Below are positions 7,376-18,900 of a DNA stretch of 53,281 nt, piece by piece (position 1 is the stretch's first letter; each line of letters starts with the position of its first letter). Source of the DNA: a virus; the IMG/VR virus record IMGVR_UViG_3300025133_000004, positions 1 to 53,281 of that record, one strand, 5' to 3'. The notes beneath the pieces are model-generated. The model did not search any database. It was not told where the DNA came from and was given only the letters and a program-made list of their open reading frames with translations. Both the position numbers and the translations under genes were made by a program.

Positions 7376-10300
7376 ATGGCCGGAAAAAGAGCAAGAGCGC
7401 AAAAGAAAAGAGCAGACTACCGTAAAGGTGGTAGAGTTCATGCTGAACAGGGTTGGAACCCAAATGATATTACAAGGATGGTTGGAGGAATGTATGATAA
7501 AGCTAAAAATAAAGCAAGTTTAGCTTTAGGGCAAGAAAGAAATATGTACTCTGGGCCTCCTGTAGACAGGGGTGCGCCTGTTTATGACAGAGGTGCTCCT
7601 AAAGAATATAGTCCGTGGGATGATATTAATTCTGGTGGTGGTGTAAACACAACAAGTACCGATCCTACTGCTGATGCTAATAGAACTACTGGTTCAGTTT
7701 ATAATGCAGCAGGAGCAGATTTAAACAGAGTTGCTATGTTTGATAACACTGTAAAACCAATTGGCGTTCAAGAAACTTTTAATCCTGATGCTGTTGAAGC
7801 CGAAAATACTACTACAACTACAACACCTGCTTATACTCAGGCAGACATAGACCAAGCAGTTGCCGATCTTAATTCAGGAAAAATAACTGCTGCACAATTA
7901 GCGGCACAGTATGGCGTTTCAGAAGACTATGTAAATCAAAATTTAAAAGCTATAAATACTCAAGCTGCTGCTGCTGAGACGGCAACTACTGACACTACAA
8001 CTACTGATACTACGACTACTGGTACTGCTATAGACCCCGATGATGGTTTTATAAGTTTCCCCCGTGATGATTTTACTGCTACTACAACAACTGCCGCTGA
8101 CGTAGCTGATATTCCAGTTGACGGGTCTTATACAGAATTTGAAACTGAACAAGTTGTAGAAGCTATTAATAGTGGAGCAATGACAGTAAAAGAAGTTGCT
8201 GATACTTTTGGAGCAACAGAAGCACAAGTACAGGCAGAATTAGATCGTCAAAATCAAAAGGCAGCAGGTGAAGAAGTAACTGGTACAGACCCCTTTTCGG
8301 AAGGAGTAAAGGATGCTACTAAAGAACTTGTAGGTAAACAAGAAGCTGCTAAATCACAAGAAGCTATAAAAGAAACAATAAAAGATACAGGGTTTAAAAA
8401 TAAACCTGTTAATTTTGATACAGAAAGTTTAAAGTCTCAAATTTTAGCATTAGATGAACAACTTAAAGCAAGAGGATTAACACCGGACACTCCTGAGTAT
8501 ATAGCGGCACAAGAACAAGCAAGAGCAGAGTTTGTAAAACTTGCTCAAGGAACTGGGCAGGTTAATTTTTCTATAGAAGAGTTTGCAGCAGCAACAGGAT
8601 TAACAGTAGCTCAAGCACAGAATCAATATTATAATTATAATCACGAAGGCAAAGTTCCTCTTGGTTTATCTTATAAAAATAATGTTACTAAAGCACAAGA
8701 AGAAACTTATGTACCGGGAAGTTATTTAAGAAATTATAAACCTGTAGATAAACAAAAATTAATACAGCAACAAACAGCCGAAGGTATTAGTAGAGAAGGA
8801 ACTACTACTTCTGAAGAAGCTATACAACAATTAAATACTTTTTCTGGTATTGATTATAGTGGTATGGATAAAGCTGTTGCTAAAGACATAGAAGAAACTA
8901 TTGGTACTTTAAAAGAAGCAGTAAATGATGGAACAGTATCGCCCGAAGATTACGAAGCTGAGTTAGCCCGTTCGTTGGGAGATATAATTCCGGCTTTTAA
9001 AGGTGCCCCAGTAGAAGCAGTAATGGAAGAAATTAGAGCTTTAACTGATCCTGCTGTAGCTGCTCAAGTAGCAGAACAAGAGGCAGCATCTAGAAGGGCA
9101 AAAGGGGTTGATTATATTATAGACCCTAAAAGTTTTATATCTAAAGTAACAGGAGAAACAGCAGTATTATCTGAGTCTCCTGAAGCTGAGTTTGCAACGA
9201 GATCAGCAATTACGGGTAAACCCGCTACGCCTAGAGAAGCTGCACAGATAGATCAAATAGGTTATGAAGCAAGACAAAGAGCTAAAGTAACTGGAGAAGC
9301 TGCTAAAGGAGCTGCTGCAAATGCTGTGGTTGCTATTGGTAATATACCTGCTGAGTTAGCAGAACAAACAATAGAAGATGCTGCATCTGTAAGTGAAAGA
9401 ATAGATACTGAAGATATAGATGTTCAAGCAGCCGTAGCTGCACTACCGCCAGAACTTTTAGTTTCGGCTCAAATGGAAAATTTATTAGGTGGTATGGAGT
9501 CTGGAAATATTCCAACTTGGGCAAAACCCGCTGTATCGGCAGTAGAACAAGGTTTAGCCGCTAGAGGTTTGGGTGTTTCTACAGTAGGTAGAGATGCTTT
9601 GTTTAATGCTATTATACAAACTGCTTTACCTATGGCACAAAGCAACGCACAAGCTTTACAAACTAGAGCAACAAATAATTTAAATAGAGAGCAACAGGCT
9701 AACTTAGAAGAAGCACGTTTAAATGCAACTAGACGATTAAGTAATTTATCTAATCAACAAACAGCTTCTTCACAAACAGCTCAGTTTGCACAAAATATAA
9801 ATGTTCTTGAAACTCAACAAAGACAACAAACGGCTTTAACTAGCGCACAGCTTATACAACAAACAGAATTACAAAATTTACAAAATCGTCAAAGAACAGC
9901 AGAATTAGAATCTCAAAACCGACAACAAATTAATTCTCAAGAATTAGGCAATGCTCAACAAATAGAATTAGCTGAGTTAGAAATAAAGAACCAAACTGAG
10001 CAGCAAAACATGACTGCTGATAATCAAATGCGTCTTGCAAATATGCAGGTAGCTGCTGATTTTCTGTCTAAAAATGCAGGGTTCAAACAACAAATGGAGC
10101 TTGCTAATCTTTCTAATGAACAGCAAATGGAACTGGCTAATTTAAGCGCACAAAATCAAGCCAATGCAGAATCATTAACAAATGAACAGCAAGCTTTAAT
10201 GGCAGATTTAAATGCTACAATGCAAAGTAATCTGGCTCAAGGCAGAATAGCTGCTGAAATGAATGTTGCTCAATTAAATGTTGATCAACAAAGAGCAGTA

Positions 10301-11182
10301 ACTAATGCTACAAAACAAGCCAATATAGATTTAACTAAATTTTCTACAGCACAACAAGTTGAACTAGCTAATAGTCAGTTTATGCAAAACACTACATTAA
10401 CTAATATGAATGCTAGACAACAAGCAGCAATGCAAAGAGCTACGTCTATGGCATCTTTAGATTTGAGTGCAGCCGATTCAAGAACTAAATTATCAATAGA
10501 AAATGCTAGAAACTTTTTACAATTAGATGTAACAAATTTAAATAATGAACAGCAAGCTTCTGTATTAGATGCTCAGATGGAGCAACAAAGATTATTATCT
10601 GATCAAGCAGCAGAAAATGTAGCAAGACAATTTGGAGCTACGTCCACTAATCAAGTTAATATGTTTCTTAAATCTCAAAAAGATACTATGGAACAATTTA
10701 ACGCAACACAAAGCAATGCAATGGAACAGTTTAATGCTTCTGAAAAAAACAGAATAGCAGCTATAGAAGCTAATAATTCATTAGACGCTTCAAAATTTAA
10801 TGCTCAAGTAGAATTACAAGTAGAACAATTTAATGAAAACATTACTAACCAAAGAGATATTTGGAACGCTTCTAATGCACAAGCAATAGAACAGGCTAAT
10901 ACTAACTGGCGTAGACAGGCTAATACTGCTGATACTGCTGCTATTAATGCTGCTAATGCACAAAATGTACAAAATGCTTATGGTGTCACAACACAGGAAT
11001 TAGATTTTGTTTGGAACTCTTTAAGAGATGAAGCTACTTTTTTAAGAAAAGAATCTTTAGATACAGCTAATCAAAAAACAAATTTATATATTACAGCTAT
11101 GAATAATGAAGCTAATACAGCTATAAATAGTACGGGTGTTGCAGACGGTGTTAAAAATTTAATTAACGAAATGTTTAATTAG
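7376..11182 (+). CDS. large virion-associated protein, 1268 aa, Thr-rich N-terminal part and Q/N-rich coiled-coil C-terminal part
   Basis: Track ORF in the structural arm. Tandem ELANLSNEQQM-type repeats and two or three repeats of an NSG..T..(Q/E)(L/V)A..(Y/F)G..E module. Confidence 0.7.
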   Translation: MAGKRARAQKKRADYRKGGRVHAEQGWNPNDITRMVGGMYDKAKNKASLALGQERNMYSGPPVDRGAPVYDRGAPKEYSPWDDINSGGGVNTTSTDPTADANRTTGSVYNAAGADLNRVAMFDNTVKPIGVQETFNPDAVEAENTTTTTTPAYTQADIDQAVADLNSGKITAAQLAAQYGVSEDYVNQNLKAINTQAAAAETATTDTTTTDTTTTGTAIDPDDGFISFPRDDFTATTTTAADVADIPVDGSYTEFETEQVVEAINSGAMTVKEVADTFGATEAQVQAELDRQNQKAAGEEVTGTDPFSEGVKDATKELVGKQEAAKSQEAIKETIKDTGFKNKPVNFDTESLKSQILALDEQLKARGLTPDTPEYIAAQEQARAEFVKLAQGTGQVNFSIEEFAAATGLTVAQAQNQYYNYNHEGKVPLGLSYKNNVTKAQEETYVPGSYLRNYKPVDKQKLIQQQTAEGISREGTTTSEEAIQQLNTFSGIDYSGMDKAVAKDIEETIGTLKEAVNDGTVSPEDYEAELARSLGDIIPAFKGAPVEAVMEEIRALTDPAVAAQVAEQEAASRRAKGVDYIIDPKSFISKVTGETAVLSESPEAEFATRSAITGKPATPREAAQIDQIGYEARQRAKVTGEAAKGAAANAVVAIGNIPAELAEQTIEDAASVSERIDTEDIDVQAAVAALPPELLVSAQMENLLGGMESGNIPTWAKPAVSAVEQGLAARGLGVSTVGRDALFNAIIQTALPMAQSNAQALQTRATNNLNREQQANLEEARLNATRRLSNLSNQQTASSQTAQFAQNINVLETQQRQQTALTSAQLIQQTELQNLQNRQRTAELESQNRQQINSQELGNAQQIELAELEIKNQTEQQNMTADNQMRLANMQVAADFLSKNAGFKQQMELANLSNEQQMELANLSAQNQANAESLTNEQQALMADLNATMQSNLAQGRIAAEMNVAQLNVDQQRAVTNATKQANIDLTKFSTAQQVELANSQFMQNTTLTNMNARQQAAMQRATSMASLDLSAADSRTKLSIENARNFLQLDVTNLNNEQQASVLDAQMEQQRLLSDQAAENVARQFGATSTNQVNMFLKSQKDTMEQFNATQSNAMEQFNASEKNRIAAIEANNSLDASKFNAQVELQVEQFNENITNQRDIWNASNAQAIEQANTNWRRQANTADTAAINAANAQNVQNAYGVTTQELDFVWNSLRDEATFLRKESLDTANQKTNLYITAMNNEANTAINSTGVADGVKNLINEMFN

Positions 11183-11191
11183 GAGATTAAA

Positions 11192-12541
11192 ATGGGTTTC
11201 TTTAAAAAAGTATTTGGCGGTGTTGCTAAAACCTTTAGAAAAATAGGTAGGGGCATAAAGAAAGTTGTTGGTAAAATAGGCCAATTTATGAATAAAATAG
11301 GTATTGTCGGTCAAATAGCTATGGCTTTTATACTACCCGGAATAGGGAATATGTTAATGAATGGGATAGGTGGAATAGCTTCTAGTATGGTAACTAATAC
11401 TTTAGGGGGTATTGGTGGGGCTATAGTTAAAGGAGCAGGTCATGTAGTTAGTGCCGCTCATAAGTTTGTAACAGTTGGAAAAAATGCTTTTAATACTGTA
11501 ACTCAAGGAGTTACAAAGTTTGTAGGAGAGTTTACTAAAACTGCTTTAAATAAAATTCCGGGCGTTAATATTCAAAGTGCTTCTAAAAATTTCTTTGGTA
11601 CTGGTGGAGCTTGGGACACTGTTCAAAAAGATATAACTAAGAATTATAAAAATATTATGAACCCATTTAAATCTACTGTAAACATAAAAGAAGGAATGGA
11701 TATAAAAGATGTAGTAAACAGCACTGGAGTTTCTAAACAAAGAATTCAAGACATGAATATTGGTGTTGATTTAAATAATTTAAAAGTCGGAGAAAGTTTA
11801 AATTTTGATGCAGGAAGTATAGGCAAGCCTATGACGGGTGATCAAATTAAAGAACTTACTGGTGTAGATTTTGGTGGAACCACCCCTAAACCAGATTATC
11901 TTTCTGCTCAAGATGTTAGAAATATGACAGGTGTAGATTTTGGTGGAGGAACCGTATCACCTAGCGTTGCTCGCGCTCAAGCCGGAGCAGAGGCGTTTGG
12001 AATAACAGACCCCTTAACAATGGATCAATCAGGAGTTTTTGGCCCTCCTCCTGCTCCTCTTACTCCTACTGCTCCATATACGCAAGCCGAAATAGATAGT
12101 ATGAACTTAGGTTTTGATACTCGTAAGTATCAGACAAGTATACTATCTGCTCCTAATAATAATGTACCGCTTTCTTCTATTGTCCCTGATCCTGATCCCG
12201 GTGTAATGCAGCGTATGTGGACAGGAGCGAAAGGAGAGCTTGAAAATAGATATAGTTTAGATAAACCATTTACATCTGCATATCAAGCTGCTCAAGATAT
12301 AGCAACAGCACAAGCAGTAATTGAACCAGAAGTAGATTACGATACTTGGGGTTCTTATAGCGCTCCTATGTATCTTGCTTCAGGGGCACAAGATTATGAT
12401 GTTACAGTTCAATCTCCTCCAAGAAATTTCCAAGCTTATTCAAGTATGGGGCAGTATGGTTCAACCGCAAGAATATATGATACTATTTTAATGAATCCTG
12501 TATCTACTTGGTCAAGAGATTTATCGTCTAGATTTGCTTAA
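11192..12541 (+). CDS. virion-associated protein with a glycine-zipper N-terminus and a LysM-like segment
   Basis: N-terminus has IGGIASSMVTNTLGGIGGAIVKGAG. TVNIKEGMDIKDVVNSTGVSKQRIQDMNIGVDLNNLKVGESLNF fits the LysM pattern. (L/M)TGVDFGG is duplicated. Confidence 0.6.
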   Translation: MGFFKKVFGGVAKTFRKIGRGIKKVVGKIGQFMNKIGIVGQIAMAFILPGIGNMLMNGIGGIASSMVTNTLGGIGGAIVKGAGHVVSAAHKFVTVGKNAFNTVTQGVTKFVGEFTKTALNKIPGVNIQSASKNFFGTGGAWDTVQKDITKNYKNIMNPFKSTVNIKEGMDIKDVVNSTGVSKQRIQDMNIGVDLNNLKVGESLNFDAGSIGKPMTGDQIKELTGVDFGGTTPKPDYLSAQDVRNMTGVDFGGGTVSPSVARAQAGAEAFGITDPLTMDQSGVFGPPPAPLTPTAPYTQAEIDSMNLGFDTRKYQTSILSAPNNNVPLSSIVPDPDPGVMQRMWTGAKGELENRYSLDKPFTSAYQAAQDIATAQAVIEPEVDYDTWGSYSAPMYLASGAQDYDVTVQSPPRNFQAYSSMGQYGSTARIYDTILMNPVSTWSRDLSSRFA

Positions 12542-12552
12542 AGGTAATAATT

Positions 12553-13137
12553 ATGTTAAAAGAAATAACTCCTGATTATGTAAATACTGCTTCTAAAATG
12601 AAGCGTTCAATTCCGGGTGAAGCATTAGCAAATGATCCTGCTAATCCTTATCCATTTGAATCTTCTCCAGAGTTTACAGTACAGCGTGAAGCTTTAGAAT
12701 ATTTATTTTTAACTATAACGGATGAAGAAAAATATCCTGATATTCTTGTAGCTATAGATAATGGTGTGCCAATAATGGAATTAACACAAGTAATATTATT
12801 TAAAGGTTTTACAGAAGGTAAATGGAATCCTGATTTATTAATGTTACTAGCTGAACCATTAGCTTATATGTTAATAGCTTTAGCAGAAAGACAAGGAATT
12901 GATTATATTATTAATAGAGATGATGTTAAAGAAGATACTATAGCAGAAAGTAAATTAAATAGTACAGGATTAGAAAACCGATTAAAAGACAAACAAAATA
13001 AAATTAAAAAAAATAGTCCTATTCCTCCTGAAATTAAAACACTTGTTGAGGAAGCACCCATTATAGAACAAAGTTTATTAGACAAACCAGAAGGCATAGA
13101 ACCTATGGATAACAGTCTTTTAGCGCAGGGGGTATAG
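12553..13137 (+). CDS. hypothetical virion-module protein (194 aa)
   Basis: Track ORF, co-directional and tightly packed. Confidence 0.6.
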   Translation: MLKEITPDYVNTASKMKRSIPGEALANDPANPYPFESSPEFTVQREALEYLFLTITDEEKYPDILVAIDNGVPIMELTQVILFKGFTEGKWNPDLLMLLAEPLAYMLIALAERQGIDYIINRDDVKEDTIAESKLNSTGLENRLKDKQNKIKKNSPIPPEIKTLVEEAPIIEQSLLDKPEGIEPMDNSLLAQGV

Positions 13138-13138
13138 T

Positions 13139-15373
13139 ATGTACAAAGAAGTAGAAGATTTAGGTTCCTCTCTTTTAGCTAGAGGAAGAGAAACTAGAAA
13201 AAGAACTGAAAAAAGATATAAAAAAGATGTCAGAAATCAAGCTGCCCTTCAAGTAGTTGGTAAAGGTGTACAACTATTTAATCAAGCAATAAAAGATCGT
13301 ACTAATACTTTTATTAATGAACAAGAAGATTTAGTAGGTGAAAGATTAAGATATGAAGCTACTTTAAAAGATAGAGATGCAATTATAACTAACTATGAAA
13401 CATCTACTGCACACGCAGGAGGAAGAAAAGGTTACTGGGCAGAAGAATTTGCAGGAGAAATATTAAGTAATTTAAAATTAAATTTTGATGAATCTCAGTG
13501 GGATGAAGATTCTATGAATTTGTATGCCCAAGCTGAAGGTTTAAAAGCGGCTGAAGAATATTTACCTAAGTTTGAAGAAGCTTATCAAGCTTCTTTACAA
13601 ATGCCAGATTTAGGAGACTATGATGCGTGGGTAAGAACAAAAGATGGTAGAGCAAGTAATGCAGGTGGTTGGCTTTTTAACAGAGCCGAAAGAGCTATAA
13701 CCGGAAAAACTCAAGCAGATGTTGATAATGAACTTATAGATGCAGTTATTAATAGTCGGTATGGTGACGCTGCTACAAAAGTTAGCGCTTTTAAAAATGC
13801 TTTAGAGCAAGGATATGGTCTACGGGCTGCAAAAAAATTCGGTGACTTAACGCCTGAGAATTTAAACATACGTCCCGCAGGATTAAAGATTACATCAGTT
13901 GAAAGAAAGGAAAGAGAAGTTCCGTATTTTGATGTAACTCTTAAAGTGCCCTTTAATGTTATTAAAGGAACAATGAACGGAAGACCTATTATATTTGAAG
14001 AAGCTCCATATGATATTGATCCTAATACTGGAGAATATATACGAGATGAAGAAGGTAAGAAAACAATAGAACCACAGCATTTAAGAAATTGGAATATAAT
14101 GAGCCGAACAGCACAAGGACAAGACACCCTTACAGAAAGCGATAATGTTACTAGTGTAGAAGATAGGGTTGTAGTAGCACGACCAGAGGGCGCACCTAGA
14201 GTAGGTAAGGGGGAAATGTGGGGACAAGCGGGAACGTGGCAAACATATAAGGTAATAGGAGAGAGAGGAGAGTTAGTAGAAAGGTTTGAAGAATTCACAC
14301 CTCATACTCCAGACGAAGAACTTTCTTTAGATCAAAAAATATCTACTTTATCTGAAGCTTCAATAACTCAAATGCAAGGAGCTATTACAGAAGCTTCTAC
14401 TATGTTTACAGCAGGATCAAGTGGTTTTTTTGGTAAAGTGCCTTCTGTATTAGAAGGAAATGTTATGGGTTTTTATTTGGCAGGAGATGATGTAACTGCT
14501 GATGTAATGGATGAACTAAAAAGGAATGAACAATTAGGTACAAGAGCTACGGCTGAATATCAACGATTAGCTGTTAAAGCTAAAGAACTAACTGTAACAA
14601 CTGGATTAGGAACAGAAGAAACTACAAAACTAATTGCCGATGCTTATATTTTTAGTATTCTTACTGGCATGGAAAATTCTGAGTATAAAGCTTTTTCTGA
14701 AAATGAAAATTTTTTAGGATTTCAAAATTTTGAAAATACAATATTATTGGCGGCTGATGCAGAAAGAGAAGACGTTTCTGTTGAATCTGTTTCAATACCA
14801 CCAAAAGAATATAGTTCTATTCTTGCAGGAGTTATAGAAGAAATATCTTATGATAAAGATGATGATATGAGAACTACATTACAAAAACAAAGAGCAAGAG
14901 ATTTAATAGGTAATTCTCAACGGTTTATGTCGCAAGAAGTAACTTTAATAGATACAGAATCAGGTGAGCCACTAACTAAATTAATAAATGAACTTGCTAC
15001 TACAAATCATACAGTAGTAGATAACAAAATATCTATGGGAAACCTTGTAGAGCATTGGAACATATCGGCTACACCACCGCCACCACCGCCACCACCACCT
15101 GTTAATACGGGTTTGCCCAACGATAATCCTTATTATGATCCAACTTCGGACGTTTTTGGAGAACCGGAACCTCTCAGCTATACCTTTAGAGGGGTTATGC
15201 CTTGGATTAATAAACAGCTTGGGATAATTAGTGGCTCACGGGAATCAGTACTTAAACAACAAGAGCTTACGCGTTTGGTCAGGCAAATTATGGAAACCGA
15301 GGACGTTTCTTATGAGGATGCAATGTTCTTGGCTGCGAAGCAATTAGGAGGCGGTGAAGACGAGGAAAAGTAA
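13139..15373 (+). CDS. hypothetical internal-virion-type protein, 744 aa, with a Pro9 tract
   Basis: Track ORF. The run ccaccgccaccaccgccaccaccacct near 15070-15100 encodes PPPPPPPPP. Confidence 0.65.
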   Translation: MYKEVEDLGSSLLARGRETRKRTEKRYKKDVRNQAALQVVGKGVQLFNQAIKDRTNTFINEQEDLVGERLRYEATLKDRDAIITNYETSTAHAGGRKGYWAEEFAGEILSNLKLNFDESQWDEDSMNLYAQAEGLKAAEEYLPKFEEAYQASLQMPDLGDYDAWVRTKDGRASNAGGWLFNRAERAITGKTQADVDNELIDAVINSRYGDAATKVSAFKNALEQGYGLRAAKKFGDLTPENLNIRPAGLKITSVERKEREVPYFDVTLKVPFNVIKGTMNGRPIIFEEAPYDIDPNTGEYIRDEEGKKTIEPQHLRNWNIMSRTAQGQDTLTESDNVTSVEDRVVVARPEGAPRVGKGEMWGQAGTWQTYKVIGERGELVERFEEFTPHTPDEELSLDQKISTLSEASITQMQGAITEASTMFTAGSSGFFGKVPSVLEGNVMGFYLAGDDVTADVMDELKRNEQLGTRATAEYQRLAVKAKELTVTTGLGTEETTKLIADAYIFSILTGMENSEYKAFSENENFLGFQNFENTILLAADAEREDVSVESVSIPPKEYSSILAGVIEEISYDKDDDMRTTLQKQRARDLIGNSQRFMSQEVTLIDTESGEPLTKLINELATTNHTVVDNKISMGNLVEHWNISATPPPPPPPPPVNTGLPNDNPYYDPTSDVFGEPEPLSYTFRGVMPWINKQLGIISGSRESVLKQQELTRLVRQIMETEDVSYEDAMFLAAKQLGGGEDEEK

Positions 15374-15441
15374 CAACGGAAACCCCTGAGCCTCAAGTTG
15401 CAGAGGTTTCCGAACAACCATATGTAGAACAGGAAGAAGAT

Positions 15442-15963
15442 ATGTCACTTAGCGGATTAGACATTACTCTAGCAGAAGAAGATAAATTTGAAAACGATAC
15501 TTTAATTACTGTAGCTATAAAAAGTAAAGAAGGTTTTCTTAGGACTCCTGAATGGGATAATGCACAATGGACATGGGGATATGGAACAGAAGCACCTCTT
15601 CCAAAAGACCGAAATGCAGAAGTTCCTACAGATTTAACCATAACTAGAGAACAAGCTCAAGAAGAACTTCTTGGTTATTTAGATAGAGAAATAATAAATA
15701 AATTAAATACTTATTCAGAAAGAAATAATTATAATTGGAATGATACTCAAAAAGAAGGTCTTACAAGTTTCTTATATAATTTAGGTTTTGGCGCACTAAA
15801 TCAACTTACTGCTAATGGTACACGTACTGATGAAGAAATAGCAGAAAAGATGCTAGAATATAATAAAGAAAGAAATCCAGAAACAGGAGAACTTGAAGTA
15901 AGCAGAGGCTTAACAAAAAGAAGAATAGACGAAAGTGATTATTTTAGAAGAGGCATGAATTAG
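15442..15963 (+). CDS. GH24 (T4/lambda-type) lysozyme
   Basis: KEGFLRTPEWDNAQWTWGYGTE (catalytic Glu context) and GLTKRRIDESDYF (RRxxExxLF-like). AGGAAG lies upstream of the ATG. Confidence 0.75.
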   Translation: MSLSGLDITLAEEDKFENDTLITVAIKSKEGFLRTPEWDNAQWTWGYGTEAPLPKDRNAEVPTDLTITREQAQEELLGYLDREIINKLNTYSERNNYNWNDTQKEGLTSFLYNLGFGALNQLTANGTRTDEEIAEKMLEYNKERNPETGELEVSRGLTKRRIDESDYFRRGMN

Positions 15964-18900
15964 TGGGAATAAAAAAGAATACTGAAAATATCTGGGGTGT
16001 TTTAAATGCCGATAATATTATAGCGCCTGAAAAAACACAAATAGGATTAAGTGGGCCTTCTAGTTTTATTCAAAAAAATCATGCTGATTTAAGGAATGAT
16101 CCACGTTATCAAGCAGAAGCCGAAAAGTTTCTTAGTTACTTATCAGAACAAGAAGGGATGGCAGAAAAATTAACAGGTGGTGCAATATCTAACGATATTT
16201 TTGAAACACTTAGAGATGAAGAAGGCCGTTTACTTACAGTAATTGATAGAGCTAGAGTTTTAAGAGAGGCTCCTGAAGAAATTAAACAAACATATAGATA
16301 TCTTAGAGATAATTTTGAAGCTTCTAAAGCAGGTAGTTTTGGCGAAATGTTAAAAGCTACTTTTGATAGAGGTGTAGATATGTTTGCTGATCCTATTAAT
16401 TTAGCTTTTGCATTGGTAGCTCCGGGTTTAGGTAGTGCTGTTGCTAGGACTTCTACAGGCGCAGCAACTAGAGTTTTAACAAGTCAAGCAGGTAAACAAA
16501 ATGTTAAAAAGACTTTAAATAATATTGCAGCGGCTAATGCAGATTCTTTATCTCCAACAGTTACAGGCGTATCCGCAGCATTTGAAGGCGGTATTTGGAC
16601 AGGCGTAGAAAATGCTAATAGACAAGATATAAATATAACTACTGGATTACAAGATGCTTTTAGTGATGGGGACTTTGCCTTGTCTGTAGGATTAGGTATT
16701 GGGCTTGGAGGTAGTTTAGGTTATGGTGCAAGTAAATTATTTTCTAGACGTACAACTAATGTAGCTGAAACTGGACAAAGTACTACCCCCACAGTATTGC
16801 CTCCTCCAAATTCTTCAATTAATTCAAGTGCTAGTAGTACTGCTGAACAAGAAGCAGAAACGCTTGTATCAGGATTATTTAATAAAGTTGAATTAAAAAC
16901 TGATAGAAGAGGTAAACAATATTACGATAGGCAAGGAAATCCTGAAGTAAATTTAACATTATTAAAAAATTTAAAAAAAGAATTAGGCAATCAATACGAT
17001 GATGTAAGAATAGCTAATATAATACTGGCAATTAAAGATACTATTTTTAAAAAACTTACACCTGACGAAGTAAAGCAAGGTTTAAACTTTGCTACTAAAC
17101 AAAGAACTTTACAAATTAATGATATTGATCCTGAAGTATTAAAATTGTTTGAACAATATGGATTAAAAAATTCTGAAATTCAAACAGCTATAACTTTTGT
17201 TAAAAATACTTATATGAAAGATGCAGAAAAAACTGCAACAAAAGTTTTAAAAGGTCAAAAAGTAAAAGTAACTCAAACTATAGATTTAGACGATGCACAA
17301 ATAGGCAGTCTTGCCGACCAACTAGCTGCTAAAACTGGTGGAGGACAAAGAACTTCTGAAATTTTAACAGATGCTATACAAGAAGCTAATGCTACCAGAG
17401 GTATAACTAATATAGCTAGAGAAAGTTCTATACTAAGAAAAGTTTTAGATAAAACTTCTGACTTTAATGCTAGATATTTAACAGGAAAAGTTACTGGTAT
17501 TTTTAATAAGTATCAGGGTCTTAGCCCTAATGTTATAAATTCTTTTCAAGAAAGAATTGTATCTGCTGTATCTAATTCTTGGAAAAGAGGAGAGTCTATA
17601 GTAAGAGATACAAATGATTATGGTAATGTATTTAATATAGAATTTGGTAGACTTGGAATGGCTTGGAAAGCTATTTATGATCCTATTGCTGAAACAACTC
17701 TTAAAGGTGGATATAAAGAAGAAATAGATACTTTACTTTCTAATGCTATTAGAACTAATGATATAAAAACTTTAGCTAGAGAAACACAACATTTAGGTAA
17801 AGATGTAAGAAAATCTTTATTTAATATAGTTAAATTTGGTAGAAGTCAACTAAAAGAAATGGGTGATGAATCACAAGGAAAAGGATTAGTAAATAATTTA
17901 ATAGATAATTACCTACCTAGATTATGGAAAAGATCAGAAATAGAAAATAATAAAGAAGATTTTATTAGTCTTCTTGAAAAGAATGTTAATTGGAAACAAC
18001 ACGTAGATTTAGAAGAAACTATTGATGCCAATGGAAATATAATTAGACGGCAGCTTACTAATAAAGAAAAAGCAGAAAAAGTATGGGAAGAATTATTAGA
18101 TATTAAATTTCAATTTGGTAATGATTCTGGTACAGGCATGAATAGTTTTTTTGCTAGAAGACAATTAGAATTAAAAGATGAAACTGCCTTTACTAAATAT
18201 TTAGATAACGATTTAAATAATGTAATGCTTAGTTATCATCGTTCTACTGCTAAAGCTATAGCAAAAGATACCGTATTTGGTGTAAGAAATATAGAAGATT
18301 TTAATACTACTTGGTTTCCGGCTTTAGAAAAAGAAATGAGAGCTAATGGAGCTACAACAGAATTAATAAACCAAGCAAAGAAAGACATGACTGATGTATA
18401 TCAAAATGTTACTGGAGAAGGTTTAGATAGATATAAGGGGTGGAAAGGCACGGCAGCAGATTCATATATGTTATTTAATAGAATGGCTTTATTACCCTTA
18501 TCAACACTATCAAGTCTTTCAGAAATATTTATTAACATTTCTAAAGCAGGTGTTAAAACATCTTTCGCAGGATACAGAGATGCTATATTTAGTGGTTCTA
18601 AAAAAATGTTTGATGATTCTTTAAACGGTCTTCAAAAATCTTTTAATATGACTAGTAAAGAAGCAATGCACGAACTCAATCAAATGGGTACGGCTTTAGA
18701 TCAAGCTTTTGCTGACTACGCAGATAGATTAGGAGGTGATGCACTATCTAGTCCTAGAATGAGAAATGTTAGTAATAAATTTTTTAGGTTTACACTTTTA
18801 GACCAATGGACTAAAGGAGTTCAAACAGCTTCATATATTATTGGAAAAAGATTAATAGCAGAAAATTTAGAAAGCATTGCTTCACATATGCCTTTAATAC

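Noticed and set aside
10081-10150. Tandem nucleotide repeat (ggagcttgctaatctttctaatgaacagcaaatggaactggctaatttaagc) as a non-coding minisatellite
   Set aside because: It is in frame within the 1268-aa ORF and simply encodes the ELANLSNEQQM peptide repeat.
5914-14298. Antisense track ORFs inside the structural arm (5914..6105, 7076..7441, 7943..8227, 9333..9524, 11546..11749, 12903..13097, 13711..14298, 13895..14080)
   Set aside because: Each lies wholly inside a longer, motif-bearing or operon-consistent ORF on the opposite strand. They lack RBS context and have low-complexity or hydrophobic shadow-frame composition.
15355-15445. Possible -1 frameshift fusing the 744-aa protein to the lysozyme (the lysozyme frame is open from 15358, and GAG GAA AAG TAA lies at the 744-aa stop)
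   Set aside because: The overlap window is only about 15 nt and has no canonical X XXY YYZ slippery heptamer. The ATG at 15442 has its own AGGAAG RBS, so independent initiation is the simpler reading.
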